From Candidatus Vogelbacteria bacterium RIFOXYD1_FULL_44_32 (GTDB taxonomy: Bacteria; Patescibacteriota; Minisyncoccia; Phycocordibacterales; XYD1-FULL-46-19), in contig MHTJ01000002.1 of assembly GCA_001823065.1 (NCBI GenBank), positions 156,320-220,319 on the forward strand: 64,000 bases of DNA, read 5' to 3'. Of the stretch, positions 37,815-48,081 are shown piece after piece. The notes under the pieces are model-generated. The model had not been told where the DNA came from, did not search any database, and saw only the letters and a program-made list of their open reading frames with translations. Position numbers and translations under genes: made by a program. Every line of letters begins with the position of its first letter. Position 1 is the first letter of the stretch.

Positions 37815-38408
37815 ATGGCCCATCGCCATTATCACACCAAAGGATTTGTGCTTAATCTTCGGCCATTAAAGGAAAAAGATTTACTGATCTCGGTTTTTAC
37901 CCATGACCTAGGGCTAATTAGGGCCATCATAAAATCGGGGCGCGAGGTGCGGTCTAAACTACGACCACACGGTAGTCGATTTGGCGATGTAAATATAACT
38001 TTAGTGCGGGGTAAAGAATGGTGGCGGGTGGTGGGACTAGAGACTGGGGATACAATAAAAGGACTGTGGTCAAATACCCGGGCGGCCGTGCCGGCCGCCC
38101 GGGTATTTGACCTCCTGGAAAAACTTTTGCCACCCGAAGAGCCAATGATAAGTTTGTTCGATGATTTTTATAGTCTGATTTCCATGTTTAAAAAAAGCCA
38201 GCTGACCGAGCCTAGTTTTTTAGCCAACCTAGAATGCCTGGCGGTATTGAGAATACTTCACCACTTGGGTTATTTACCTGATCTGGCCTTTCTTGCACCT
38301 TTTACTGGTGCGCTTAGTTTGGATGAAGCGACAGTCAAATCTTTAACGCCGGTAAGATTGGAGGCGATTCGGGCGATCAATAGCAGTTTAAATGAGACTG
38401 GTATTTGA
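37815..38408 (+). CDS. recO: DNA repair protein RecO.
   Basis: KGFVLNLRPLKEKDLLISVFTHDLGLIRAIIKSGRE. About 197 aa. Confidence 0.75.
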   Translation: MAHRHYHTKGFVLNLRPLKEKDLLISVFTHDLGLIRAIIKSGREVRSKLRPHGSRFGDVNITLVRGKEWWRVVGLETGDTIKGLWSNTRAAVPAARVFDLLEKLLPPEEPMISLFDDFYSLISMFKKSQLTEPSFLANLECLAVLRILHHLGYLPDLAFLAPFTGALSLDEATVKSLTPVRLEAIRAINSSLNETGI

Positions 38409-38425
38409 TGCCGTAATATAGACCC

Positions 38426-40345
38426 TTGTGCTATAATTTCCCTATGGTCAACGATGAATCTAAAAGTAAGCTCGAGGAGACGGAAAAAAATTTGTACCGT
38501 CGTGATGTTCCACCGCCCATCCGACCGCGGACAATCTTAAAACCAGTTTCTTTTGAATCTACACCAGACTGGTCCACTCGGCCCGGTAATTATAATGCTA
38601 ACAATAATGGCAGTTCATTTTTAGCTAAAGTTTTATTGTTAGCCGTCTTTATATTCTTGGTGACTTTGGGTATTGCGGCTTTTGTTTTGTATCGCGGGGG
38701 TAATCAAATTTCTGGTGGTAATATAGATTTTGAAATCAAAGGACCAGTGGCGGTTAAAGCGGGGGATGAAACCTCTTTGCAAATTTTAATCGGCAATCGC
38801 AATGTCGCCAATTTAGAGGACGTTAAGTTAATAGTTGAATATCCAGCCGACACCAAGTCTGCTTCTAGTACCAAAATCGCCCTCAACCGTGAGACAAGCA
38901 GTATCGGTTCGATTGATTCTGGTGAAGTCATAAACAAAACTATCAAAGCGGCTTTTTTTGGGGATGAGGGGCAAGAAAAAGAGGTTAAGGCCAAAATTGA
39001 ATACAAAGTCACTGGCTCCAATGCTTTATATACCAAGGAAACGATGATGTTTTTTCTAATTAGTGCTCCGTCCATCGCTTTAAATTTCAAGGCCGTGCCC
39101 GAAATTGTTTCTGGTCAGAAAATAAAATTGGAAATTACTATTTTGCCGCGGGCCAAACAGACTGAAGACAAAACTTTATTAGTGGTGGACTATCCCGCTG
39201 GTTTTTCCTTTGGCAGTGCTAGTGACAAACCAACCTATCGCGACAATGCTTGGTTAGTAAAAAATATTTTGCCCGGAGAAGAAAAAGTAATTACTATCGA
39301 AGGGGTGTTGGCTGGCAATGAAAATGAAATAAAATCTTTTGTTGCCACAATTGGCGCCCAAGACCCAATCGGGGAAGATACTATTATTTTCCCTTATAAT
39401 AAATCATTTCATGAGGTAAAAATAAAAGCGCCATTTATCAGTCTCAACCTATTAATCAATAATAGCAATCGGCCGCCTCATCTTGCCGATAGTGGGAGAG
39501 ATATTGAAATTAATCTGGATTGGCAAAACAATTTAGATACCACTTTAACCGATGCAACTATCCGCGTGGAATTAAGTGGTAATGGGCTAAATGAAATCGC
39601 GGTTGCCCCAGCTCTCGGGTTATACCGAGTGTCTGACCAGTCTATTACTTGGACCAAATCGGTGTTGGGGTCTTTGACTTCAGTCAAACCAGGTGGTAAT
39701 GGTAATTTGTCATTTAGAATTAATTCTAAATATTTAGCCAATCCGGAATCAGCAGACATTCGCAATCCAGCCATTGGTTTAAAGGTGATAATGATTGGCA
39801 ATCGCTCGGCCAGTGGCTTTCAAGGTGAAGAAACTCGTGCGGAAAAAATGGCGGAAATAAAATTGCGGACTATTGCTAAAATTAATCAAAAAGTTCTGCG
39901 GGCGGAAGGACCATTTCAAAACACCGGGCCAGTGCCACCAAAAGTGGAAACCGAAAGTACTTATACTGTGGTTTGGACGGTCAGTAATTCTTCGAGCGTC
40001 TTGCGCGATGGTTTAGTCAAAACAGTCCTACCAGCTTATGTGGAGTGGAAAAACGTGCAAAAACCTGCAGTGGAAGAATTAGCTTTCAACCCAGTTTCGC
40101 GGGAATTGATTTGGAAATTAGGGCGGGTACTGCCGGGCGGAGCGCCGCGAGAGGTATCATTTCAATTAGGTTTGGTTCCCACCCAAAATCAGCTTGGCTC
40201 GACCCCGGTGCTAATAGACCGATCAAATTTGTCAGCCTTTGACACTTTTGCCGAAACCGTGATAGAAAGTGAGGTATTAGATATTAATACTAAAAATATT
40301 TCTGATAGTGGTTATATTGCCACATCCGGAATTGTCACCCAATAA
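38426..40345 (+). CDS. Large membrane-anchored extracytoplasmic hypothetical protein.
   Basis: A single N-terminal transmembrane helix followed by ~570 aa of beta-rich sequence. No known motif. Confidence 0.4.
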   Translation: MCYNFPMVNDESKSKLEETEKNLYRRDVPPPIRPRTILKPVSFESTPDWSTRPGNYNANNNGSSFLAKVLLLAVFIFLVTLGIAAFVLYRGGNQISGGNIDFEIKGPVAVKAGDETSLQILIGNRNVANLEDVKLIVEYPADTKSASSTKIALNRETSSIGSIDSGEVINKTIKAAFFGDEGQEKEVKAKIEYKVTGSNALYTKETMMFFLISAPSIALNFKAVPEIVSGQKIKLEITILPRAKQTEDKTLLVVDYPAGFSFGSASDKPTYRDNAWLVKNILPGEEKVITIEGVLAGNENEIKSFVATIGAQDPIGEDTIIFPYNKSFHEVKIKAPFISLNLLINNSNRPPHLADSGRDIEINLDWQNNLDTTLTDATIRVELSGNGLNEIAVAPALGLYRVSDQSITWTKSVLGSLTSVKPGGNGNLSFRINSKYLANPESADIRNPAIGLKVIMIGNRSASGFQGEETRAEKMAEIKLRTIAKINQKVLRAEGPFQNTGPVPPKVETESTYTVVWTVSNSSSVLRDGLVKTVLPAYVEWKNVQKPAVEELAFNPVSRELIWKLGRVLPGGAPREVSFQLGLVPTQNQLGSTPVLIDRSNLSAFDTFAETVIESEVLDINTKNISDSGYIATSGIVTQ

Positions 40346-40346
40346 A

Positions 40347-41720
40347 ATGAAAAATGATTCAGTAATGGAAAATATAGTCAGTCTGGCCAAACGACGTGGC
40401 TTTGTTTACCAGGGCTCGGAAATATATGGGGGATTGGCCGGAGTGTACGATTTTGGTCCACGGGGTGTGGAACTTTTAAATAATATTAAAAAATCTTGGT
40501 GGCAAGCCAATGTCTATGATAAAGAGAACTATTATGGTCTTGATTCTGGGATGTTCAAGCACCCGCGGGTGTGGGAGGCGAGTGGCCACGTCAATAGCTT
40601 TTCTGACCCGCTGGCTGAATGTCGAAACTGTAATGCGCGCATTAGAGTTGATAAAGAATTAGATAAAATTAATGTTACGGCTGATGAAAAAATGACGGAG
40701 GATGCGATAAATACTCTGTTTGACCAGTACCGCGACAAAATAAAATGTCCCAATTGTGGCAAGAAAGATTTTACGAAAGTCCGAGCTTTTAACCTTCTGG
40801 TTAAGAGTAATCTGGGGGACTTTACTTCCGAAGGAGATGAGCCAGTGTATTTGCCGGGCGAAGCTTGCCAGGGAATTTATCTTAATTATAAAAACATTGT
40901 TGATACGATGCAGCCTAAAATACCGTTTGGGGTGGCTCAAATAGGTAAAGCTTTTCGTAATGAAATTTCTCCCCGCAATTTTTTGTTTCGGACGCGCGAG
41001 TTTGAGCAAGCAGATACTCAATTATTTATTAAACCGAATGAGAATAAAGAAGCTTACGAGACTATTAAACAAGATCGCTGGAATTGGTATCTATCTCTCG
41101 GTATTGATGAAAAAAAACTACGCTTCAAACAGCATGACAACTTAGTTTTTTATGCTAAGGACGCTTGGGATATCGAATATGAATTTCCGACTGGTTTTGA
41201 CGAGGTGGAAGGTGTTCATGACCGGACTGACTATGATTTATCTCAGCATATGAAGTTTTCTGGGACTGACTTAAATTATGTCGACCAAGAAAAAGGAGAA
41301 AAGTATATACCTTGGATATTAGAAACATCGATGGGTCTGGGGCGAGTCTTTTTGGCTGTCCTTTGTAATGCTTACTATGAAGATGAAATGAATGGCGAAA
41401 AGCGAGTTGTTCTTAAACTCCCTTCTCATTTAGCGCCGGTAAAGGCCGCCGTTTTTCCGCTTCTTAAAAATAAACCTGAACTTGTGGCCAAAGCGCGGGA
41501 AGTCTACCTAAATCTTAAAAAAGACCAGCCGCAGATTATGTGGGATGACAATGGTAATATTGGCAAACGTTACCGTCGGCAAGATGAAATTGGCACGCCG
41601 ATTTGTATTACCATTGATTTTGACACTTTAGAAAATAATACTGTTACCGTGCGTGATCGCGATACTGGGGCTCAAGAGCGAGTGGCGGTGGCGGATTTGT
41701 TGGCGCGTTTTTCTGTCTAA
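40347..41720 (+). CDS. glyQS: Glycyl-tRNA synthetase (alpha2 dimer type).
   Basis: RRGFVYQGSEIYGGLAGVYDFGPRGVEL ... FRNEISPRNFLFRTREFEQ (class II motifs). Start taken at the Met after the upstream stop. Confidence 0.9.
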   Translation: MKNDSVMENIVSLAKRRGFVYQGSEIYGGLAGVYDFGPRGVELLNNIKKSWWQANVYDKENYYGLDSGMFKHPRVWEASGHVNSFSDPLAECRNCNARIRVDKELDKINVTADEKMTEDAINTLFDQYRDKIKCPNCGKKDFTKVRAFNLLVKSNLGDFTSEGDEPVYLPGEACQGIYLNYKNIVDTMQPKIPFGVAQIGKAFRNEISPRNFLFRTREFEQADTQLFIKPNENKEAYETIKQDRWNWYLSLGIDEKKLRFKQHDNLVFYAKDAWDIEYEFPTGFDEVEGVHDRTDYDLSQHMKFSGTDLNYVDQEKGEKYIPWILETSMGLGRVFLAVLCNAYYEDEMNGEKRVVLKLPSHLAPVKAAVFPLLKNKPELVAKAREVYLNLKKDQPQIMWDDNGNIGKRYRRQDEIGTPICITIDFDTLENNTVTVRDRDTGAQERVAVADLLARFSV

Positions 41721-41936
41721 TTTAAGCGCCAAATTCCCCGTCAGTTTACTGCGGGGATAAAGACGCGAGGAAAGGGGGTCGGGGAAAACACCTGTTTTCC
41801 CTGTGGAGGAGAGCAGTGAGCGAAGCGAGTGTTGAGAACCGAGTGGTTCTCAAAAATAAAGCTACCTCGTCAGCTTGCTGCAAGGATTTATTTGTCTTAG
41901 CGCCAAGCTTGTAGTAACATACAAGTAAATAAAGGC

Positions 41937-43004
41937 ATGTCGCAAAGTTCAGCCCCTCAACAATTGGTCATTTCTACTGGAACAATCGTCCGGACAGTTT
42001 TTGTCTTGGTGATCGTTTTTCTGTTGTATTTACTCCTTGATTTGGTCCTAATTGTTTTAACTTCGGTGGTGATTGCCTCGGCGGTGGAGCCGGCGACCCG
42101 TTGGTTTGGCAAGTATCATCTGCCTCGGATTTTGGCGGTGATTTTTGTTTATCTTATGTCTTTCGGCCTTATTTTTGGCTTCATTTATTTCTTTATTCCA
42201 CCACTTTTTGTCGATATCACTCAACTTTCCATTGCTTTACCAGACAAGGCGACCAATGTGCCAATTTTAGATCGTTTTGGTCCTATTTCCAGTTTGACTG
42301 GCAACTTTTTTCCTGGGTTATCTCTTGATGCAATGTTGGCCGATATTCAGTCAATGCTCGCCAATTTTTCTGGGGGGACTTTTACCACGGCTAGCAATGT
42401 TTTTGGTGGGGCCTTTAGTTTTATTATGATTTTGGTTATTTCTTTTTACCTCGCCGTGCAAGAGCGGGGAATTGAAAATTTCTTGCGCATTATTTCACCC
42501 CTTCGTTATGAGTCATATATTGTCGATCTGTGGAAGCGCTCACAATATAAAATTGGCCAATGGATGAAGGGTCAGCTTCTCCTTGGTCTAATTGTGGGGG
42601 TGTTGGTCTATCTCGGGCTCACTATTTTAGGGGTTAAATACGCACTAGTGCTGGCAATCTTGGCCGCCATGTTTGAACTCATCCCTATTTTTGGTCCAAT
42701 TCTTTCCGCTATCCCAGCTATATTTTTAGGTTTTGCCACTAGTCCCTCGGCGGGGCTAATGGTAATTGGTCTCTATGTTATTATTCAGCAATTTGAAAAT
42801 CATCTAATTTATCCGCTCGTGGTGAAAAAAATTGTTGGGGTGCCGGCCATCATTGTCATTCTGGCGCTTATTGTGGGTGGCCAGCTCGCCGGGTTTCTTG
42901 GTATTATTTTGGCGGTGCCCCTGGCCACGGTAATTATGGAGCTGGCTCATGATGCCGAACGCCGTAAACTAAATGTTCAATCTTCTCGCGAAAAAACTGC
43001 TTAA
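41937..43004 (+). CDS. AI-2E family (UPF0118/PerM-like) transporter.
   Basis: Eight transmembrane helices and the FELIPIFGPILSAIPAIFLGF motif. Confidence 0.8.
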   Translation: MSQSSAPQQLVISTGTIVRTVFVLVIVFLLYLLLDLVLIVLTSVVIASAVEPATRWFGKYHLPRILAVIFVYLMSFGLIFGFIYFFIPPLFVDITQLSIALPDKATNVPILDRFGPISSLTGNFFPGLSLDAMLADIQSMLANFSGGTFTTASNVFGGAFSFIMILVISFYLAVQERGIENFLRIISPLRYESYIVDLWKRSQYKIGQWMKGQLLLGLIVGVLVYLGLTILGVKYALVLAILAAMFELIPIFGPILSAIPAIFLGFATSPSAGLMVIGLYVIIQQFENHLIYPLVVKKIVGVPAIIVILALIVGGQLAGFLGIILAVPLATVIMELAHDAERRKLNVQSSREKTA

Positions 43005-44466
43005 TATTGGTAAAAAAAGAGGGGGAAAAAAACCTTTTTACATCACCACTACTTTACCCTATGTGAATGCCGAACCACATATTGGTTTTGCGATGGAGTT
43101 AGTGCGGGCGGACATTATTGCTCGTTATCAAAAATTAATAGGCCGGGCAGTTTTTTTCAATACCGGTACCGACGAGCATGGTCAGAAAATTTACCAAAAA
43201 GCAGTCGAAGCGGGACTAGAGCCCCAGGCTTATGTTGATAGTTATGCCACTAAATTTAAAGCCCTTATTCCTCTTTTAGGGATTAGTGAAGACATAAATT
43301 TTATTCGTACCACTGACCGGCATCATATCGAAGCGGCTCAAGAGTTTTGGCGCCGAGTGGATAAGGCAGGTTTTATTTACAAAAAACAATACGAAACTAA
43401 ATATTGTATTGGTTGTGAATTGGAAAAAACTGACTCGGAATTGGAGGATGGGCGTTGTCCAATTCACCCCAACAAAGCCATTGAATTGCGGGCCGAAGAA
43501 AATTATTTTTTTCAATATTCCGCTTTTGAATCTAGGTTGCAAGAGTTGTATGCTAAAAATCCAAATTTAGTGGTACCAGATTTCCGTTTCAATGAAATAA
43601 AAAACTTTGTTAAGAGTGGTTTGCACGATTTTAGTATTTCTCGGTTGAAAACTAAAATGCCCTGGGGGATAGCGGTACCCGGGGATGAGGAGCAGGTAAT
43701 GTATGTTTGGTTTGATGCCCTAGTAAACTATATTTCCGCTATCGGTTGGCCGAAAGATGAGGCCAAGTTTAGGCAGTGGGGGGTAGAGTCTGGGGGGGTG
43801 GTGCAGTACGCTGGCAAAGACAATTTGCGCCCACAGGCGGGGATGTGGCAGGCGATGCTGTTGGCGGTTGGTTTAACACCATCACAAACTATCGTAATTG
43901 ATGGTTTTATCAATGCCTCCGACGGCCAAAAAATGTCCAAGTCTATTGGTAATACCATCAGCCCTCACGAGCTAGTGGCCGGATTTGGGGTGGAGGCAGT
44001 GCGTTATTATATGGCCCGACACATCAACGACTTTGAAGATTTTGATTTTTCACTGGAGAAAATGACCGAGGCCTACAATGCCAATTTGGCCAATGGTCTG
44101 GGTAATTTGGTGAGCCGAGTTATGAAAATGGCGAGCACTCATTTGGCTGGGCCAGTTAGTGTATCCGATCAGTCTATCCCCGCAGATTTTAAACAAGCGA
44201 TAGCCAATTTTGAGCTCAACAAGGCTAGTAATATTATTTGGGCCCAGATTGGGGAACTTGATAAAAAAATTCAAACCACTGAGCCTTTTAAACTAATAAA
44301 AACCGAACCAATCAAAGCCAAGGCCATTATTACTGAACTGGTGGTTGGTTTGTATGCTGTGGGCCAAATATTGGAACCGATTATGCCGACAACTTCTGCT
44401 ACCATTAAAGCCCTCGTCAAAGCCAATCAAATGCCTACTACACCGCTGTTTGGGCGAAAGGACTAA
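42973..44466 (+). CDS. metG: Methionyl-tRNA synthetase (short form).
   Basis: YITTTLPYVNAEPHIGFAME (HIGH-like), KMSKSIGN, and a CxxC...CP zinc knuckle. Confidence 0.9.
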   Translation: MFNLLAKKLLNIGKKRGGKKPFYITTTLPYVNAEPHIGFAMELVRADIIARYQKLIGRAVFFNTGTDEHGQKIYQKAVEAGLEPQAYVDSYATKFKALIPLLGISEDINFIRTTDRHHIEAAQEFWRRVDKAGFIYKKQYETKYCIGCELEKTDSELEDGRCPIHPNKAIELRAEENYFFQYSAFESRLQELYAKNPNLVVPDFRFNEIKNFVKSGLHDFSISRLKTKMPWGIAVPGDEEQVMYVWFDALVNYISAIGWPKDEAKFRQWGVESGGVVQYAGKDNLRPQAGMWQAMLLAVGLTPSQTIVIDGFINASDGQKMSKSIGNTISPHELVAGFGVEAVRYYMARHINDFEDFDFSLEKMTEAYNANLANGLGNLVSRVMKMASTHLAGPVSVSDQSIPADFKQAIANFELNKASNIIWAQIGELDKKIQTTEPFKLIKTEPIKAKAIITELVVGLYAVGQILEPIMPTTSATIKALVKANQMPTTPLFGRKD

Positions 44467-44476
44467 TGTATTTTTT

Positions 44477-45154
44477 ATGGATGTAACTAATTTAGAAAAA
44501 TTTTTTTATACCTTAAGTCAGTTAAAGAAAGTTCAGGTTAAAGATAATGGAGAAAAACTAGTGAATATTAAAAGTATAGACCCTTCAATTTTAATAGAAA
44601 CACCTAAGGATAATATTCCATATACAGGAGACGCTATTTTTATCAGAGAAATGGTTGCTAAAAAGCTGAAGTTAATTCAGAAAAAATTAAACGATCAAGG
44701 TCTTGGGTTAAAAATAACGGATGGATATCGCCCAATTGAAGTTCAAGCAAGTTATTGGGAGTGGAGAATCAAAAAAGATAAACAAGAACACCCAGAATTA
44801 TCGGAGGAAGCATTAGAAAATTTTTCAATCAAATTTACTGCCAAACCAGAATATGCTTATCATACAACAGGGGGAGCGGTAGATCTCACAATTATTGATT
44901 TTAAGACAGAAAAAGAGTTGAACATGGGGACACCAGTGGATCATTTCTCGGAAAAGGCCTATTCGCATTATGCAAAATTATCAAAGGAGGTTCTGTCTAA
45001 TAGAAGACTCTTATTTAAATATATGGAAAATTATAAATTTTATAATTTTCCTAGCGAGTGGTGGCATTTCTCTTATGGAACTCTAGATTGGGCAATTTAT
45101 TATAAGAAGCCATGTGCTATTTATAAATCAATTAAGTTTCAGGTTGCTGTGTAA
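44477..45154 (+). CDS. D-alanyl-D-alanine dipeptidase (VanX-like, M15 family).
   Basis: ITDGYRPIEVQ ... YHTTGGAVDLTI ... EWWHFSYG. Start set after the metG stop. Confidence 0.75.
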   Translation: MDVTNLEKFFYTLSQLKKVQVKDNGEKLVNIKSIDPSILIETPKDNIPYTGDAIFIREMVAKKLKLIQKKLNDQGLGLKITDGYRPIEVQASYWEWRIKKDKQEHPELSEEALENFSIKFTAKPEYAYHTTGGAVDLTIIDFKTEKELNMGTPVDHFSEKAYSHYAKLSKEVLSNRRLLFKYMENYKFYNFPSEWWHFSYGTLDWAIYYKKPCAIYKSIKFQVAV

Positions 45155-45180
45155 GGATTTTGTATTTAATTTAAATTATT

Positions 45181-46014
45181 ATGTCACCTAAACTCATTGA
45201 TGCCCACGCTCATGTCAATTTTGCCGCTTTTGACATGGACCGAGACGAAGTGATAAAAAGAGCACTCGAGGCCGGTATTTGGCTGGTCAATGTAGGGACG
45301 GATTTAAAAACTTCGACGGCGGCGGTAGCTTTGGCGCAAAAATATGAGACCGGGGTGTTTGCGACAGTTGGGCTTCATCCTGTCCACACCGGGCCATCTT
45401 ATCATGACCAAGCCGAAGGTCAGGGTGACCAACCAGAAACGGAATTTGATTTCACTGAATATTTAAAATTGGCTAAAGACAATAAAGTAGTGGGGATCGG
45501 GGAATGTGGCCTCGACTATTTCCACGCTGGCGAGGAAGCTAAAGTAAAGCAAACGGCTATTTTTCGGGAGCAGATTCGTTTAGCTAAAGAGGTGGCCAAA
45601 CCACTTATGCTTCATCTGCGGTCGGGTAAAGATGGTCTGTCTGCCTACACCGACGCCCTCGCTATCTTGCAAGCGGAAAAAGCCGAGCGAGGGGATGTTC
45701 ATTTTTTTGCCGGCACAATGGCTGAAGCCGAAACTTTTCTTGATTTAGGTTTTTATTTATCATTTACTGGGGTACTGACTTTTACTACCGATTATGACGA
45801 GGTGGTTAAATTTGTCCCACTGGATCGAATTTTAGTTGAAACCGATTGCCCCTATGTGGCGCCGGTGCCCTACCGTGGTAAGCGCAACGAGCCACTATAT
45901 GTGGAGGAGATGGCCAAGGCCGTAGCGCGGATTAAGGGCCTCTCACTGGAGGAAGTTAGTCGCCAAACCACCCTTAATTGGCAAGCTCTTTTTGGGCTAA
46001 GCAACGGTTTTTGA
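45181..46014 (+). CDS. tatD: TatD-family metal-dependent hydrolase/DNase.
   Basis: LIDAHAHVNF ... GECGLDY ... PLMLHLR ... ETDCPY. Confidence 0.85.
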   Translation: MSPKLIDAHAHVNFAAFDMDRDEVIKRALEAGIWLVNVGTDLKTSTAAVALAQKYETGVFATVGLHPVHTGPSYHDQAEGQGDQPETEFDFTEYLKLAKDNKVVGIGECGLDYFHAGEEAKVKQTAIFREQIRLAKEVAKPLMLHLRSGKDGLSAYTDALAILQAEKAERGDVHFFAGTMAEAETFLDLGFYLSFTGVLTFTTDYDEVVKFVPLDRILVETDCPYVAPVPYRGKRNEPLYVEEMAKAVARIKGLSLEEVSRQTTLNWQALFGLSNGF

Positions 46015-46059
46015 CATTAGGGCTAGTCTCTGGTAGGATACCCATACTAATTAATTATT

Positions 46060-46560
46060 ATGACTGACCAAACTATGAGTGATGTGAATCAACAGGATTC
46101 AAAAAAATACGAATTAGGCTATTTGTTTGTGCCTTTTGTGGGCGAAGGGGAAAAAGACGGAGCGATAAAAAAGGAAATAGTGGCGGTGATCGAAAAAAAC
46201 GGAGGGCAGGTAATTAGTGAATTAGCACCGGTACTACGACACTTGGCTTACTCTATTCGTAAGATGATCAACAACAAGTACAATGCTTTCACCGACGCCT
46301 ACTTTGGTTCAATTAAATTTGAGATTGTTCCCTCGGGGATAGAAAATATTAATAGTGCCTTACGTAAGTCGGATTCGGTTATCCGCCATCTGTTAGTCGA
46401 GGCACCGAAGGTGGGTCAGGTAAAAATAAAACCACTGGTACCACTAGCGTCATTGGTGCCAGCCGAGTTGACCACCAAAGAAGTTGAAGTAGAGGTCGCC
46501 AAAACCACCACTGATGAAGTGGCGATTGATAAGGAAATAGAAGATCTTTTAATTGCCTAA
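46060..46560 (+). CDS. rpsF: 30S ribosomal protein S6 with a C-terminal extension.
   Basis: The KKYELGYLFVPF start and position in an rpsF-ssb-rpsR operon. Confidence 0.7.
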   Translation: MTDQTMSDVNQQDSKKYELGYLFVPFVGEGEKDGAIKKEIVAVIEKNGGQVISELAPVLRHLAYSIRKMINNKYNAFTDAYFGSIKFEIVPSGIENINSALRKSDSVIRHLLVEAPKVGQVKIKPLVPLASLVPAELTTKEVEVEVAKTTTDEVAIDKEIEDLLIA

Positions 46561-46563
46561 ATT

Positions 46564-47007
46564 ATGTACTTAAACAAAGCAATTGTTATCGGCAACCTGA
46601 CTCGTGACCCCGAAGAGCGCCAGCTACCATCGGGAGCAGCTGTCACAAGTTTTTCAGTAGCCACTAATCGGGTGTGGAAAGATAAAAATGGCGCCAAACA
46701 AGAAGATACCCAATATCACAATATTGTGGTTTTTGGCCCTCAGGCGCGCAATTGTGCCCAATATTTAAGGAAAGGTAGCTCGGCTTTAATTGAGGGTCGG
46801 ATGCAGACTAGAAGCTGGGATGCTCCCGATGGTAGCAAAAAATATCGGACGGAAATAATTGCTGATCGGGTGCAGTTTGGGACTAGACCAAGTGGTGCCC
46901 CAGCTGACCAGGTATCAAGTGCCACCTCGACCGAGGCCCCGAAACCAGAGCTCGATACTATTGATTATCCGGATGAAGAAATTAATCCTGAAGATATTCC
47001 TTTTTAA
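46564..47007 (+). CDS. ssb: Single-stranded DNA-binding protein.
   Basis: NKAIVIGNLTRDPE ... OB-fold and the acidic tail DIPF. Confidence 0.9.
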   Translation: MYLNKAIVIGNLTRDPEERQLPSGAAVTSFSVATNRVWKDKNGAKQEDTQYHNIVVFGPQARNCAQYLRKGSSALIEGRMQTRSWDAPDGSKKYRTEIIADRVQFGTRPSGAPADQVSSATSTEAPKPELDTIDYPDEEINPEDIPF

Positions 47008-47013
47008 ATAATT

Positions 47014-47235
47014 ATGATTATGAACGACAATAAAATGAAGCAGTGCCATTTTTGTTTGGCCAATGCTAAAGAGATAGATTATAAAGATATTGAAAGTCTA
47101 AAGCTTTTTTTAGATGGTCACGCACGGATAATCAAGCATAAAAAATCGGCTGTTTGTTCGCGCCACCAACGTAAACTTTCGACCGCGATTAAGCGCGCTC
47201 GGTTTATGGCTCTTTTGCCATTTGTGCAGGGCTAA
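47014..47235 (+). CDS. rpsR: 30S ribosomal protein S18.
   Basis: CHFCLANAKEIDYKDIESLKLFL ... GHARIIKHKKSAVCSRHQRKLSTAIKRARFMALLPF. Confidence 0.85.
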   Translation: MIMNDNKMKQCHFCLANAKEIDYKDIESLKLFLDGHARIIKHKKSAVCSRHQRKLSTAIKRARFMALLPFVQG

Positions 47236-47388
47236 AACATTTGGGTTAGCCAAAATCACTAAACTCCTCTTGGTACGAATTTTTGCTCGACGCGCATAAA
47301 AATCTGTTGATTTTTTGCTATGCTCGGCGCGTCCGCCTGTGCAATGTCTCGCAAAAACTGTACCGGCGAGAAGTTTTGTAATTAAAAA

Positions 47389-47949
47389 TTACCCTCGTCC
47401 GACATATTCTCCAGTTTCGGTATTTATTTCCACCATATCTCCTTCATTTACAAACAGCGGGGAGTTAATAGTTGTTCCAGTTTCTAAAACAATTTGCTTG
47501 GTGGCCCCCTGGGCAGTATTGCCCCTGACCGCTGGGGCCGCTTCAGTCACTTTTAGTTTGACTTTAATTGGCACCGCTAGGCCGATGGGCTGGTCATTAA
47601 AAGACAGGATTTCTACTAAGTCATTAGGACGAACATAAATTATTTTTTCAGCCACTAAAGGGGCTGGCAATTGAAACCGCTGGGCCGGATTACTGGCCTC
47701 ACAAAACCAAAATTCACCCTTGTTGCCGTAGAGGTATTTTACTTCTCGTTTATTGATTTCCGCTTCAGCCACTTTTTCGCTTTGGTGAAATGATTGTTCC
47801 ACCACTTTACCGGTCATCAAATTTTTCAGTTTGGTTTGGTTGACCGGTTTTCGTTGTTGCTTACGAAAAACATGGGAGTCAATCACTTCAAATGGTTCAT
47901 TTTGCCACACAATAAATTTGTGCGGACGAATTTCGTTGTAATCAAGCAT
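47389..47949 (-). CDS. efp: Elongation factor P.
   Basis: FIVWQNEPFEVIDSHVFRKQQRKPVNQTKLKNLMTGKVVE (KOW-like fold plus conserved Lys region). Confidence 0.9.
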   Translation of the reverse strand: MLDYNEIRPHKFIVWQNEPFEVIDSHVFRKQQRKPVNQTKLKNLMTGKVVEQSFHQSEKVAEAEINKREVKYLYGNKGEFWFCEASNPAQRFQLPAPLVAEKIIYVRPNDLVEILSFNDQPIGLAVPIKVKLKVTEAAPAVRGNTAQGATKQIVLETGTTINSPLFVNEGDMVEINTETGEYVGRG

Positions 47950-48081
47950 GATATAATTTTGTGATACAAAATAATATAAATCACATACAAATCAAACGAA
48001 TAAAATCTCTGAATTCGTATTATTCGTGCAATTTATTTACCTGTCTGCCAATAGGTAGAGGGGAGGTAGATTAGTATCGAG

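Noticed and set aside
44345-44476. A 44-aa N-terminal extension of the VanX-like peptidase ORF overlapping metG.
   Set aside because: The extension is read in another frame of the metG 3' end. The internal ATG at 44477, after the metG stop, gives a normal-length M15 peptidase.
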